Notes under the pieces: model-generated
Database searches by the model: none
The model's input: only the letters and a program-made list of their open reading frames with translations
Told to the model about the DNA's origin: nothing
Position numbers and translations under genes: made by a program
Virus record (IMG/VR): IMGVR_UViG_3300034105_003151
Location: 1 to 64,000 of that record
DNA length: 64,000 nucleotides
Direction: 5' to 3' (one strand)
Source: a virus
Shown: piece after piece, positions 9,156 through 18,598 of the stretch
Numbering within the stretch: the stretch's first letter is position 1
Layout: every line of letters starts with the position of its first letter

Positions 9156-9374
9156 ATGAATCGCAGACAGTGGCTTGCAATATTAACTGGACTAGTTCTA
9201 TCTCCATCTTTGTCTTTAGTACCAACTAAATCTAGAATTTTTTGGGCAACCAAAGAAATAGAGTTCATTGGTCCAAAACCAAAAACTACTCGCGTAGGAT
9301 ATTATGGTTGGGCTGAACAGGGTTTTGCTATTATAGATAGTTCTAGATTCAATTCCGGCCTACCCCCACTTTAA
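9156..9374 (+). CDS. small protein with twin-arginine-like leader
   Basis: MNRRQWL followed by a hydrophobic stretch. Confidence 0.5.
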   Translation: MNRRQWLAILTGLVLSPSLSLVPTKSRIFWATKEIEFIGPKPKTTRVGYYGWAEQGFAIIDSSRFNSGLPPL

Positions 9375-9384
9375 CATATAAACA

Positions 9385-9717
9385 ATGAGAAAAGTTTGTA
9401 TCTATTGTAACAAAAGTAAAAACCCTAAATCATTTGCTAAACACTCTCATTCTAAAGATAATTTAGACAGTAGATGTAAGCGATGTATTAGAAATCAAAC
9501 AAAACTAAGAGAAAAACTTAGAGAAAATTCTCCATCCAAACCTGATGTTTGTGAATGTTGTGGTAAAGTTCCAGATAAATGGTGTCTTGATCATGATCAT
9601 AAAAACAATTCTTTCAGGGGATGGTTGTGTTCAAGTTGCAATACAGCTATAGGACAATTAGGAGATGATTTAAAAGGCGTAATTAATGCTGTCAATTACC
9701 TTTTGAGTAGAGCTTGA
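9385..9717 (+). CDS. endonuclease VII-family protein
   Basis: CECCG...LDHDH...FRGWLCSSCNTAIG. Confidence 0.85.
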   Translation: MRKVCIYCNKSKNPKSFAKHSHSKDNLDSRCKRCIRNQTKLREKLRENSPSKPDVCECCGKVPDKWCLDHDHKNNSFRGWLCSSCNTAIGQLGDDLKGVINAVNYLLSRA

Positions 9718-9741
9718 CAAACGATCTGTCGATGGTATACT
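9714..9741 (+). promoter_or_regulatory. sigma70-type promoter
   Basis: TTGACA-N16-TATACT. Confidence 0.75.
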
Positions 9742-9765
9742 AGGAGCAACACAGGAGAAAAATCG

Positions 9766-10932
9766 ATGATTACAAAATTTGCTACTCTTTATTGCCGCGA
9801 CAGTATGGGTCGAGTCCGCGAATGGCGAATGGAACAAGAGGATTGTAAATATAGAACTGTTGCTGGATTAATGACCGGCGAACAGGTTACTAGCGAGTGG
9901 ACTGTGGCTAAGGCTAAGAATATTGGTCGTTCTAACGAGACTTCTTGTGAAGAACAAGCCACAAAAGAAATTGAGAATAAGTATAAGAAGCAGCTCAAGA
10001 CCGGCTATTATAGATCATTGGCAGAAATTGATAACTTTCAATATGTCCAACCAATGCTTGCTAAAAAGTATAAGGATTACGCTGCTAAAATCGATTTCTC
10101 TAAAAAGTGCTGGGTGGCTCAGTGCAAGTTTAATGGGATGAGATGCATTGCTACTAAGGATGGTCTTTTTACTCGAAAGGGTGAAAGATATATGACTTGC
10201 CAGCATATTGAAAAGGCTCTTGAGCCATTCTTTAAGGATCATCCCGATGCTGTTCTTGACGGCGAACTTTTTAATGAAGAGTATCGTCAACAACTTAATG
10301 AGATTAGCAAGTTGATTCGTAAGACCGTGCATATTAGTCAGGATGATCTTGACCAGTGTGCGAAACTCGTTAAGTATTATGTGTATGATGGATATAATTT
10401 GCGTGATCCAAGACATATTTATAGCAAATATACTCCAGATCAACCATATAAAACCCGTAAATATCTTATAGACTATTTGATTAATGAACTTTTTCACACA
10501 AATGAACACATACAGTCTGTGGATAATCATTCTATTTCTAGTCAAGATGATCTAGATAAAATCTACACTCAGTATGTTGATGATGGTCACGAAGGAATTA
10601 TGCTCCGTAATTGTAATTCTCCATATGAGAACAAACGTAGTAAACATCTACTAAAGTTAAAGCCCGAGGATGACGATGAAGGCGTTATCGTTAAGATTAT
10701 TGAGGGAGAGGGCAACTGGAGCGGTTCTGGTAAAACCATGACGCTCCGCTGGAATAATCAGGAGTTTGACGCGACATTTAAAGGAACATACGAACAAGCT
10801 GTTCAATTCCTCAAAGATCAAGACAAGTGGATTGGCAAGACCGTCACGTTTCTGTATAATGGATTTACGGGTTTAGGAACGCCTAATCATGCCCGCGTAG
10901 ATATCAACAATTGCGTTAAAGGAGACAAGTAA
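9766..10932 (+). CDS. lig: ATP-dependent DNA ligase
   Basis: PMLA, KFNGMR (motif I), LDGEL, YVYD, EGIMLR, LLKLK. Confidence 0.9.
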   Translation: MITKFATLYCRDSMGRVREWRMEQEDCKYRTVAGLMTGEQVTSEWTVAKAKNIGRSNETSCEEQATKEIENKYKKQLKTGYYRSLAEIDNFQYVQPMLAKKYKDYAAKIDFSKKCWVAQCKFNGMRCIATKDGLFTRKGERYMTCQHIEKALEPFFKDHPDAVLDGELFNEEYRQQLNEISKLIRKTVHISQDDLDQCAKLVKYYVYDGYNLRDPRHIYSKYTPDQPYKTRKYLIDYLINELFHTNEHIQSVDNHSISSQDDLDKIYTQYVDDGHEGIMLRNCNSPYENKRSKHLLKLKPEDDDEGVIVKIIEGEGNWSGSGKTMTLRWNNQEFDATFKGTYEQAVQFLKDQDKWIGKTVTFLYNGFTGLGTPNHARVDINNCVKGDK

Positions 10933-11129
10933 TGAGAGACGAAGGTCTTACTACTGGTTTTGGTTTTTTCATAGGAATATTGTTTGGCATATTAATAGCA
11001 ATGCCTTTAGAATATTATCTTCAGGCAAGTAGATATCAAAAACAGGCTATACAGCACAAAGCCGGTCAGTATAATTCCACTACGGGAAAGTTTGAGTGGA
11101 TTAATAAATCAATTGGAGAAGCTCAATGA
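10932..11129 (+). CDS. small membrane protein
   Basis: N-terminal TM segment. Confidence 0.55.
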   Translation: MRDEGLTTGFGFFIGILFGILIAMPLEYYLQASRYQKQAIQHKAGQYNSTTGKFEWINKSIGEAQ

Positions 11130-11142
11130 ACAAGATAATCGG

Positions 11143-11171
11143 TTGACAAGATAAGAATTCATTCTTACAAT
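11143..11171 (+). promoter_or_regulatory. sigma70-type promoter
   Basis: TTGACA-N17-TACAAT. Confidence 0.6.
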
Positions 11172-11222
11172 AATCGTTGATCGCTGTGATCAATGTTGTT
11201 TTTTAAATTTGGAGGAAGTCTA

Positions 11223-11423
11223 ATGAGCGATATTGTTGTCGATAAGAAGAAAAGAGTTCGTGTTAGTGCTGAAACTTTTTTGCAGGCTGTTCTTTCCAGT
11301 TCTACATATGCCGAATTGGCAGCCAAGACTGGTCAAAAGTTAAATAGTACCATCGCCAAATATAATCGTTTGCGTAAGGATTATGAGAGTCGTGGAGAAA
11401 CTCTGCATAAGATAAATAAGTGA
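11223..11423 (+). CDS. small HTH-like protein
   Basis: STYAELAAKTGQKLNST; GGAGG RBS before ATG at 11223. Confidence 0.5.
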   Translation: MSDIVVDKKKRVRVSAETFLQAVLSSSTYAELAAKTGQKLNSTIAKYNRLRKDYESRGETLHKINK

Positions 11424-11453
11424 ATAATATGCCTGGAATAAAATCTAGGCAAT

Positions 11454-11537
11454 GGGATTGTGGCGGAATTGGCAGACGCGAAGGATTCAAAATTCTTTGT
11501 TCGCAAGAGCGTGTGGGTCCGAGTCCCACCTATCCCA
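11454..11537 (+). tRNA. tRNA-Leu(CAA)
   Basis: GGGATTG acceptor, TGGCGGAATTGGCAGACGC D arm, AAGGA-TT-CAA-AA-TTCTT anticodon arm, long variable arm, GTGGG-TCCGAGT-CCCAC T arm; no encoded CCA. Confidence 0.88.
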
Positions 11538-11632
11538 CTGATACATGGTCTGGTATTACTTCCGAATGGGAAATGGATTGGGGAAGTGAACCACTATCTA
11601 ATTTTTTCGAATAATTTATATAGAAAGAAACT

Positions 11633-11950
11633 ATGCCATATATTTCAGAAGATGAACGCAATGAGTTAGATGTAAAGATTTGGGAATTATCTCAAGCTAT
11701 CGTAAACACTAATACTGCTCTAGTAAACCGAGATGATTTTAGTCATTTTCTTGGTCGCCTAAACTACTGTTTTACCCGCATAATAATGCAAGTTATGGGT
11801 GCTGTTAGATATTCTAAAATCGCTATGGCTACTGGTGTATTAGAGAATGTTAAACAAGAACTTTATAGACGATTAGCTAGTCAATATGAAGACGTTAAAA
11901 TAGTCCAACATGGTGACGTACCAGAATATAAAAATCAACGGAGTAATTAA
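11633..11950 (+). CDS. hypothetical phage protein
   Basis: MPYI...GxLNY...ELYRR...YED...GDV pattern. Confidence 0.7.
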   Translation: MPYISEDERNELDVKIWELSQAIVNTNTALVNRDDFSHFLGRLNYCFTRIIMQVMGAVRYSKIAMATGVLENVKQELYRRLASQYEDVKIVQHGDVPEYKNQRSN

Positions 11951-12177
11951 AAATGAAGGATATTAGTAAGCAAATCATTAGTGATATTGATTTCTTAAAG
12001 AAAGAAGTATCCCTTATTTCTGCTAAAGTTGATCAAGCTCTAGAAATTCTAGCTTCTTTTGTTGTTGAACCAGAAACCGACGAATATGCAGATACCGACA
12101 GTAATGAAGGCTGGGTATCTAGTGAAAGATGGTTTGACGAAGAAGAAAATGAGGACGAAGACGAAGAAGATTGAGGC

Positions 12178-12205
12178 TTGACAGGACCGAATGACGATGT
12201 ATACT
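12178..12205 (+). promoter_or_regulatory. sigma70-type promoter
   Basis: TTGACA-N16-TATACT. Confidence 0.75.
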
Positions 12206-12247
12206 TGTACCAGAGTGGCAAATTGAAACAATCTTGGAGCTTAGGAA

Positions 12248-14803
12248 ATGAAACTGGCTGATCGTGTTATTGGTGTGCATTCTGCTGGGGTTCAGAGCAG
12301 TTCAAAGTTCACCATTGCTCAAAATAGCAAAATGTTTAAGATTCTATCGGATTATCTTTATTCCGATAAGATAATGGCAGTGATTCGTGAGCTTTCTACT
12401 AATGCTTACGATGCTCATATTGCTGCCCACAATCCCAATCCATTTCTTGTTAAGTTGCCCAATTATTCTGATCCGAATTTTACTATTCGTGATTACGGCA
12501 CTGGTCTTAGTCAAGATGACATGGAAGGTCTGTACAAGACTATTGGTGCTAGCAACAAAAATGATAGTAATGATTTTATTGGTTGTCTTGGATTGGGTAG
12601 TAAGAGTCCATTCGCTTATTCTAAGAGTTTTACCAGTACATCATATTTCAATAGAATGAAATTTGTTTATGTTGCTTCGCTAGATGAAGCGGGCGAACCT
12701 TCGTTGAATCTGTTTCATACTGAGAAGACTAATGAACCAAATGGTCTGGAAATTAGTTTTGCAGTAAAGAGCTGTGACTATAATGAATTTACTTCTAAAT
12801 CTAAGAGGATTTTTCATTACTTCAAAAATAAGCCTACCATTTTGGGTGGGGTATGTTCTTCTCTGAGTGGTCATTCTTATTCGACTAAGAATATTATTCT
12901 GAGTGGTACGGGGTGGCGAATTTGTCGCATGGGTCAGCAGTCTACTGATTTTCCTAGTGTGTCTAATAATGCTGACAGTAGGGTTGTTGCTATCATGGGT
13001 AATATTGCTTATCCTGTAGAAATTAGCAAGATTATTTCTGAAAAGAAGCAAACTAGTGACGAAATTGCTAAGTGGAATAAGGTTTTTGGTAAGAATATCG
13101 ATATCCTTGGTTGGGAAAGATTCCTCACTATGATTAGTGGAGATATTTATCTTGAACTGGATTATGATATTGGCGAACTTGATATGGAACCTTCCCGCGA
13201 AGGTCTGCAATATACAAAAGACGTAATCAATAAGCTCAAGATTAAGACCCAGCATATCTTTACAGAAACTCAGCAAATGATTTCTGATAAGATCAAGGGG
13301 GCCACTTGTCTCTTAGATGCTATTCGTATGTATAGCCAACTGTCAGAGGTTAGCACAGGATGGGGTACAGGTGCCCAATGGCTCGACTCTCAGGGTGTGT
13401 CTCATAAGATTGGAGATATTGATCTCAAGTATACCTTGGGACCAGATAAGGCTTTGTATGTTTTTGGATATAAGTATACTAGTTATAGAAGCAAGAGATT
13501 AGTTTACCAGACTGATAAGATTTACTATGATACTATTTCTGGTAAAACTATTGGTTATCATAGCACTTCAAAGAGTGGTAGTGTTGTCTTTTTAAACTGT
13601 GATCTTAATGATCTTGAAAAGGCTAAGAAAATTGCTCTAGCTTATTCTTCAGTTCATGATTGTTATTGTTATCTGTTAGTCGATACTAAAGATTCGACTC
13701 AGAGCATGGAAGGTTTTGATAAGCTAATTAGTGAAATTGGTGGTCAGAATAATATCAAAAATGTTTCTGATTATAAGGACTTGATTAAGAAAACTCGAAA
13801 TCCCATAACTGGAGTAAAGCGTGGAAGCGTAAGTGACGAAGATATTTTTGTTGTTATTAATCACGATATTGATGACACAGTATCCTTGAATGCTAGTTAT
13901 GGAGAATCCATTCAGTTAAAGGGTCTACCACAGGAACATTTGGATAATTTACCAACAACTATTGTTTATGCACCTATCAATAGATATCGTTCTATTGCTA
14001 ATTATCCGTCTTTATCTAAAATTGGTAGTTGGAAACATATAAACATTTTCAAAAATACTAATGTATATGCTATTAAGCAAGGGTCTGTTTCGGATCTGGC
14101 TTCTGATGGTCATAATATGATAGATATTAATAGCTATATTAAGGAAAAGTTGGATACTTTCAAGAATTCTAGCGAATTTGATGAACTACAGACCGTTAAT
14201 TGTTTGATTCAAGAAGCAGGGAAAAGCTGTATGAAATCGAATACTTATCTTGTAAATCATCCTAATGTTTTTGTTAACCATATGATAAATATCTTTGGAT
14301 ACGATTATGATAAGTTTGTGACAAATACTGATCTAGTGAATGCTATAGATAATGTTATACTGGTTCACTATTTTAATAAAGTTAAGATATCTAAACTTTC
14401 TGAAGATTTTACAAAGTTTATTGCTACACTAATTCTAAAGCATAATATTCCAGTAAATAATATTGATAAACTGATTAATTTAGGAGTAACATATAATGAA
14501 ATTTATTTTCATCAATATGGAAAACAGGTTTGGGATACAACTAAAACAACCAAATACTTAATGAGTTATAATGATATGAGTGATTGTATCAAAAAAGAGC
14601 TTGACAACAGCCCCGTGATGAAGTATATTATGACCATGAGTAGTGATAAACAATCTTTGAACGTAGATACGGTTGAAGACGTTGCTAAGAACTACAGAGA
14701 TAATGCTAATCATTATTATGGACGTACAAGAAAAGTCGAGTGGTTCGAAAAGATTGATAATTTGAATGAGTTTCGTAATGATATTGCTAGCGTGATTAAG
14801 TAA
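12248..14803 (+). CDS. rIIA: rIIA-like protein (GHKL ATPase)
   Basis: LYSDK...IRELSTNAYDAH, IRDYGTGL, GCLGLGSKSPFAY, PSREGLQY. Confidence 0.88.
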   Translation: MKLADRVIGVHSAGVQSSSKFTIAQNSKMFKILSDYLYSDKIMAVIRELSTNAYDAHIAAHNPNPFLVKLPNYSDPNFTIRDYGTGLSQDDMEGLYKTIGASNKNDSNDFIGCLGLGSKSPFAYSKSFTSTSYFNRMKFVYVASLDEAGEPSLNLFHTEKTNEPNGLEISFAVKSCDYNEFTSKSKRIFHYFKNKPTILGGVCSSLSGHSYSTKNIILSGTGWRICRMGQQSTDFPSVSNNADSRVVAIMGNIAYPVEISKIISEKKQTSDEIAKWNKVFGKNIDILGWERFLTMISGDIYLELDYDIGELDMEPSREGLQYTKDVINKLKIKTQHIFTETQQMISDKIKGATCLLDAIRMYSQLSEVSTGWGTGAQWLDSQGVSHKIGDIDLKYTLGPDKALYVFGYKYTSYRSKRLVYQTDKIYYDTISGKTIGYHSTSKSGSVVFLNCDLNDLEKAKKIALAYSSVHDCYCYLLVDTKDSTQSMEGFDKLISEIGGQNNIKNVSDYKDLIKKTRNPITGVKRGSVSDEDIFVVINHDIDDTVSLNASYGESIQLKGLPQEHLDNLPTTIVYAPINRYRSIANYPSLSKIGSWKHINIFKNTNVYAIKQGSVSDLASDGHNMIDINSYIKEKLDTFKNSSEFDELQTVNCLIQEAGKSCMKSNTYLVNHPNVFVNHMINIFGYDYDKFVTNTDLVNAIDNVILVHYFNKVKISKLSEDFTKFIATLILKHNIPVNNIDKLINLGVTYNEIYFHQYGKQVWDTTKTTKYLMSYNDMSDCIKKELDNSPVMKYIMTMSSDKQSLNVDTVEDVAKNYRDNANHYYGRTRKVEWFEKIDNLNEFRNDIASVIK
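14601..14629 (+). promoter_or_regulatory. internal promoter in rIIA upstream of rIIB
   Basis: TTGACA-N17-TATATT. Confidence 0.5.
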
Positions 14804-14822
14804 TTAAACAAGGAGAATTGAA

Positions 14823-15656
14823 ATGAGTGTTCCTTTTATTAAGTCCGGTGAAGTTCTGACTCTTATTCTTAAGGGTAGTAGTTATCAAATTTTGCCAGAT
14901 CATATTAGTAGAAAGTTGATTATGGAAGCTTTGCCAACAGCAACAGAAGACGATCTTCTTAAGTTGGTAAATGTAGAGCGAGCCATCTCAACCTATACCA
15001 CAGGTCTGGTTGAAGTGGTTAATGATCAGGTTCTTTATGAGGGTGAGGTTGTGCATGGAACGATCTCAAAGAGAATTGTCGAGTTTATGAAGAATGGGTT
15101 GCCTTTTGACCCCCTTGTGAAATTCCTGCAAAACTTGATGAAGAATCCTAGTATGCAGAGTCAGAAGGAGTGCTATGATTTTCTTGAACATAAGAATCTT
15201 GCTATCACAGAAGATGGGTGCTTTCTTGCGTATAAGGCTGTTAGAAAAGATTTTAAGGATAAGTATAGTGGTAATTTTGACAATAGCGTGGGTGCTGTTG
15301 TTGAAATGCCTAGAGCGAAAGTTAATGATAACCGTGAGGTAGGATGTTCTAAGGGTCTTCACGTTGGTGCCCTTGACTACGTTGTGGGGTATGGTAGAAT
15401 CGAACAGGAAGACAGGATCGTGATCGTGAAGGTCAATCCACAGGACGTTGTAAGTGTTCCTCTTGATTGTTCTCATCAAAAGATGCGTGTTTGTAAGTAT
15501 GAAGTTGTTGGCGAATATCAAGGAGAACTTCTAAAGCCTCTTTATTCTGCTGATTTCTCATATGAAGACGAAGACGAAGATGATGACTATGATTATTATG
15601 CAAATTATGGGGACGATGATGAAGAGGACGAAGAATATTGGAATCAGTTCAACTGA
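14823..15656 (+). CDS. rIIB: rIIB-like protein
   Basis: ITEDGCFLAYKAV, CSKGLHVG, VKVNPQDVVSVP, KMRVCKY; acidic tail. Confidence 0.88.
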   Translation: MSVPFIKSGEVLTLILKGSSYQILPDHISRKLIMEALPTATEDDLLKLVNVERAISTYTTGLVEVVNDQVLYEGEVVHGTISKRIVEFMKNGLPFDPLVKFLQNLMKNPSMQSQKECYDFLEHKNLAITEDGCFLAYKAVRKDFKDKYSGNFDNSVGAVVEMPRAKVNDNREVGCSKGLHVGALDYVVGYGRIEQEDRIVIVKVNPQDVVSVPLDCSHQKMRVCKYEVVGEYQGELLKPLYSADFSYEDEDEDDDYDYYANYGDDDEEDEEYWNQFN

Positions 15657-15666
15657 TTAAATAAAC

Positions 15667-15728
15667 CTGGACTCTGGCGAGACTACTGTCGCTGATTGAT
15701 AGAAGTGGGTGTTAGATTCCCCTCCAGT
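15667..15728 (+). ncRNA. tRNA-like element A (no anticodon arm)
   Basis: CTGGA/TCCAG terminal stem, GGCGA/TCGCT D-like hairpin, 13-nt linker, degenerate T arm GGGTGTTAGATTCCCC. Confidence 0.4.
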
Positions 15729-15737
15729 ATTTTAAAG

Positions 15738-15839
15738 AAAGCTAGTGGTTACAATAGTTGCGTGTATCTAAAGGGTAAAGGCATCTCATCGCCAGCAGCA
15801 ACGGCGATAACTTTGTGGGTTCGAATCCCACCTAGCTTT
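15738..15839 (+). ncRNA. tRNA-like element B (canonical T arm, no canonical anticodon arm)
   Basis: AAAGCTAG/CTAGCTTT terminal stem, GTGGG-TTCGAAT-CCCAC T arm, internal ATCGCC/GGCGAT hairpin enclosed by AAAG/CTTT. Confidence 0.6.
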
Positions 15840-16066
15840 TTAACTTTTACTAAAGGAATGTTGTATGTACAGTGAAGAATATATAGTATCGGCATTCTAT
15901 TCTATAGACGAAAAGACCAAGACTAAAGAAGCGTGGAGATCACACTACTTTAAAAGAGATCAAGCTAAAATAGATAAAACTCTACATTTGCGAGATCATG
16001 GGGCTTATCAGGTTACTCTTCCGTATTATTATCGTGGTATGTTGGAAATCTTAAACTGAGGAAAAA

Positions 16067-16960
16067 ATGTCTAATTATTTGAGGCCGTCTTCTTTTGATG
16101 AAATTATTGGTCAGGATGAAACGATCAGTAATCTAAAGATTGCTATTGCTGGTTGCGAAGATGGAGGAGTATTGAGTCATACTTTGATCGACGGTCCTCC
16201 TGGCCTTGGAAAAACCACTATTGCCAAAGCTATTGCTAGAGAACTAGACGAAAAACTTACAGTACTTAATGCTGCTAGTATTAGGTCTGTTGCTAATCTA
16301 ACACCTTATTTACTGGCAGCAACACAGCGATCAGTTTTGTTTATTGACGAAATTCATCGCTTGCCTAAAATTGTGGAAGAATTTCTTTATCCTGTGATGG
16401 AAGATTTTATTGTCACAATTGTTCAGGAAAAGGTTCCAGAAACTATTGATCTTCCTAGATTCACGATTATTGGTGCTACTACTAGTGGTGGTAGTTTGAG
16501 CCGTCCTTTTTATGATCGTTTTACAATTAAGGAACATCTGAGTTTTTATAGCTCTGATGAACTAGCTAATCTAGCAAGGTTAAATGCTCCAAAGTTCGGA
16601 CTAAGTTTGTCTGATGAACAAGCATTGAAGATTGCTAGTAGAAGTAAGGGAACTCCTAGAGTTCTTAATGCAAGAATTCAGAGATATAAGGACTATACTA
16701 AGTTCTATAAGGATAGAGATGTATCTGTTGAGGAAGTTTTTGATTCCCAGGGAATTAATTCTTTGGGTTTTGACAAGAACGACACAGCTTATATCAACTG
16801 TCTAAAGAATAACAGGAATAATCCCCTCGGTGTAAAAAGTATATCAGTGATGACAGGTATTCCTATTGAAACAGTAGAGAATAATATCGAACCATATATG
16901 ATTCGTATGGGATATGTTGTTAGAACTTCTAAAGGAAGGGTATTAGGTAAGAATGTTTAA
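16067..16960 (+). CDS. ruvB: Holliday junction helicase RuvB-like AAA+ ATPase
   Basis: LRPSSFDEIIGQ, GPPGLGKTT, LFIDEIHRL, YPVMEDF, IGATT, SKGTPR, IEPY, RTSKGR. Confidence 0.9.
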   Translation: MSNYLRPSSFDEIIGQDETISNLKIAIAGCEDGGVLSHTLIDGPPGLGKTTIAKAIARELDEKLTVLNAASIRSVANLTPYLLAATQRSVLFIDEIHRLPKIVEEFLYPVMEDFIVTIVQEKVPETIDLPRFTIIGATTSGGSLSRPFYDRFTIKEHLSFYSSDELANLARLNAPKFGLSLSDEQALKIASRSKGTPRVLNARIQRYKDYTKFYKDRDVSVEEVFDSQGINSLGFDKNDTAYINCLKNNRNNPLGVKSISVMTGIPIETVENNIEPYMIRMGYVVRTSKGRVLGKNV

Positions 16961-17342
16961 AAAACTAGCCCTGATCCTCTGTTTAAGTACGAGTGTAATT
17001 TATGCAGAAGATGGTGTGTTTATAGATGATCCTGAGCGAGCTTTTGTTTTTGCTAAAGATCATAAGAAAGATGTTCTTCTAGTATTTACTGCTGATTGGT
17101 GCAAATATTGCAAGATTATGCAGGATGATATTCGTGGTGATCTTAAAGTGGTTGATGATATGGTGGTTTGTTATGTTGATTTTGATTCTAGAAAAGACTT
17201 GGTGGAAAACTACAAAGTTGGGACCATACCAGATAGCATGGTCTACGAGGCTGGTCAGGTAGAGCTAGGAAGGCGTCTAGGATACACGGGACTGGATTCA
17301 TTTAGAGCTTGGCTACGAGACTGCAAGAGAATTAAAAAGTAG
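16953..17342 (+). CDS. exported thioredoxin-like protein
   Basis: Signal peptide plus FTADWCKYC. Confidence 0.85.
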   Translation: MFKKLALILCLSTSVIYAEDGVFIDDPERAFVFAKDHKKDVLLVFTADWCKYCKIMQDDIRGDLKVVDDMVVCYVDFDSRKDLVENYKVGTIPDSMVYEAGQVELGRRLGYTGLDSFRAWLRDCKRIKK

Positions 17343-17433
17343 GTTCCTGAGCGATCCTAGGAGTTGAGAGACAAGAGAGTAGAATAAGAACGAAGAATAC
17401 CATAAGAAGATATACTACTCTCCCCCGCTGCAT
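17332..17433 (-). CDS. possible 33-aa hydrophobic peptide
   Basis: MQRGRVVYLLMVFFVLILLSCLSTPRIAQEPTF; AGGA 8 nt upstream of the ATG. Confidence 0.3.
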   Translation of the reverse strand: MQRGRVVYLLMVFFVLILLSCLSTPRIAQEPTF

Positions 17434-17488
17434 AATATTTATCCTAATCCCGTATTTTTGGCAAGGTTAAAAACTAATATTTGGGTGG

Positions 17489-17516
17489 TTGACAAGCGAT
17501 GATCGAGTGCTATAAT
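17489..17516 (+). promoter_or_regulatory. sigma70-type promoter
   Basis: TTGACA-N16-TATAAT. Confidence 0.8.
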
Positions 17517-17720
17517 ACGTTGGTTATTTCCTTTTTTAATACATCAAAGACATGAACGACAACGAAAACGAATTTCAAGACCGTAAAACTAATCGTAGAG
17601 AAAATCTATCTAAAAAAAGTAAAAGTCATCATGATAATGATACATACTTAAACAAGGCTCACAAAAGCATTAAAAGAGCCTTTAAGCAACAAAAAGAAAG
17701 AATGATAGAAGAGGAAAGCG

Positions 17721-17984
17721 ATGAAGACATGGAAAACTATAGGTTCTAGACTGAAGATGTTTTGTAAATCGTTAGTATTTCATATTTGGTCTGGTTTACC
17801 AAAATCTACCAAAAAACAAATTCATGAAAGATTTGTGACTTGTTTTGGGTGTGATAAATATGATAAGATTAAAAGTCAGTGTTTGGTGTGTGGATGCAAT
17901 GTGAATAACAAAAAAGTATTTTTAAACAAATTAGCTTGGGCAGATCAAGAATGTCCTTTAGGAAAATGGGGGAAGATAAAATGA
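17721..17984 (+). CDS. Cys-rich small protein (DUF6171-like)
   Basis: CFGC...CLVCGC...CPLGKW. Confidence 0.6.
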   Translation: MKTWKTIGSRLKMFCKSLVFHIWSGLPKSTKKQIHERFVTCFGCDKYDKIKSQCLVCGCNVNNKKVFLNKLAWADQECPLGKWGKIK

Positions 17985-18526
17985 CAACTCTAAATAAAAT
18001 ACCTGCTTATATTGAAGCAAAGGGCGATATTTTCCATTATTCTGCAAATAGAATTAATGAGGGTGTGAACGGTTGCCATGTTATTATTCCTCATGTTTGC
18101 AATAATGTTAATGGTTTTGGATCAGGCTTTGCAAGAGATGTGTCTATTAAGTATCACACTGTAAAAGATAACTTTCATTTACTGGGTAACAAGGCTCAGT
18201 TAGGATATGTTCAATTTGTGGAAGTAGCTAAAGATAATAAATATGGACATAAGTTATTTTTTGCTAATATGATCGCCCAAAATGGTACTATTAATAAATT
18301 CAATAATCCTAGACCACTAAATTATCTAGCTTTGGCTAAAAGTATGGAGAAGGTAAAGGATTTTGCAAAAGAATTATCTAAGTTTACAGATGGTACTAAA
18401 GTAGAAATTCATGCTCCGAAGTTTGGTAGCGGGTTAGCTGGTGGACAATGGGCTTTTATCACTGATCTTATCGAAGATATCTGGTCTGCGAAAAATGGCC
18501 TTAACGTTTATGTTTATTCAAAATGA
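17981..18526 (+). CDS. macrodomain protein (ADP-ribose binding/processing)
   Basis: KGDIF, IPHVCNNVNGFGSGFA, ANMIAQ, PKFGSGLAGGQW. Confidence 0.85.
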   Translation: MTTLNKIPAYIEAKGDIFHYSANRINEGVNGCHVIIPHVCNNVNGFGSGFARDVSIKYHTVKDNFHLLGNKAQLGYVQFVEVAKDNKYGHKLFFANMIAQNGTINKFNNPRPLNYLALAKSMEKVKDFAKELSKFTDGTKVEIHAPKFGSGLAGGQWAFITDLIEDIWSAKNGLNVYVYSK

Positions 18527-18598
18527 TTACCAATATTGATAGCGTCTATTATAATTTTCTAATCTTCTGTATCTGCGTAGGAGTATTCAAATCAATTT

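Noticed and set aside
11420-11669. ORFs 11420-11614, 11460-11669 and 11302-11529(-)
   Set aside because: They are shadow ORFs over tRNA-Leu.
12680-13276. Long minus-strand ORFs (12680-13276, 10015-10545, 15066-15521, 47053-47475)
   Set aside because: They are antisense shadows of well-supported + strand genes, with no recognisable motifs.
15560-15650. GAY/GAR-rich repeats at the end of rIIB (and at 12137-12172)
   Set aside because: They simply encode acidic low-complexity tails and are not a DNA repeat element.
15766-15773. TCTAAA in element B as an amber-suppressor or pyrrolysine anticodon, implying recoding
   Set aside because: No anticodon stem flanks it, and genes are intact under code 11 with TAG used as a normal stop.
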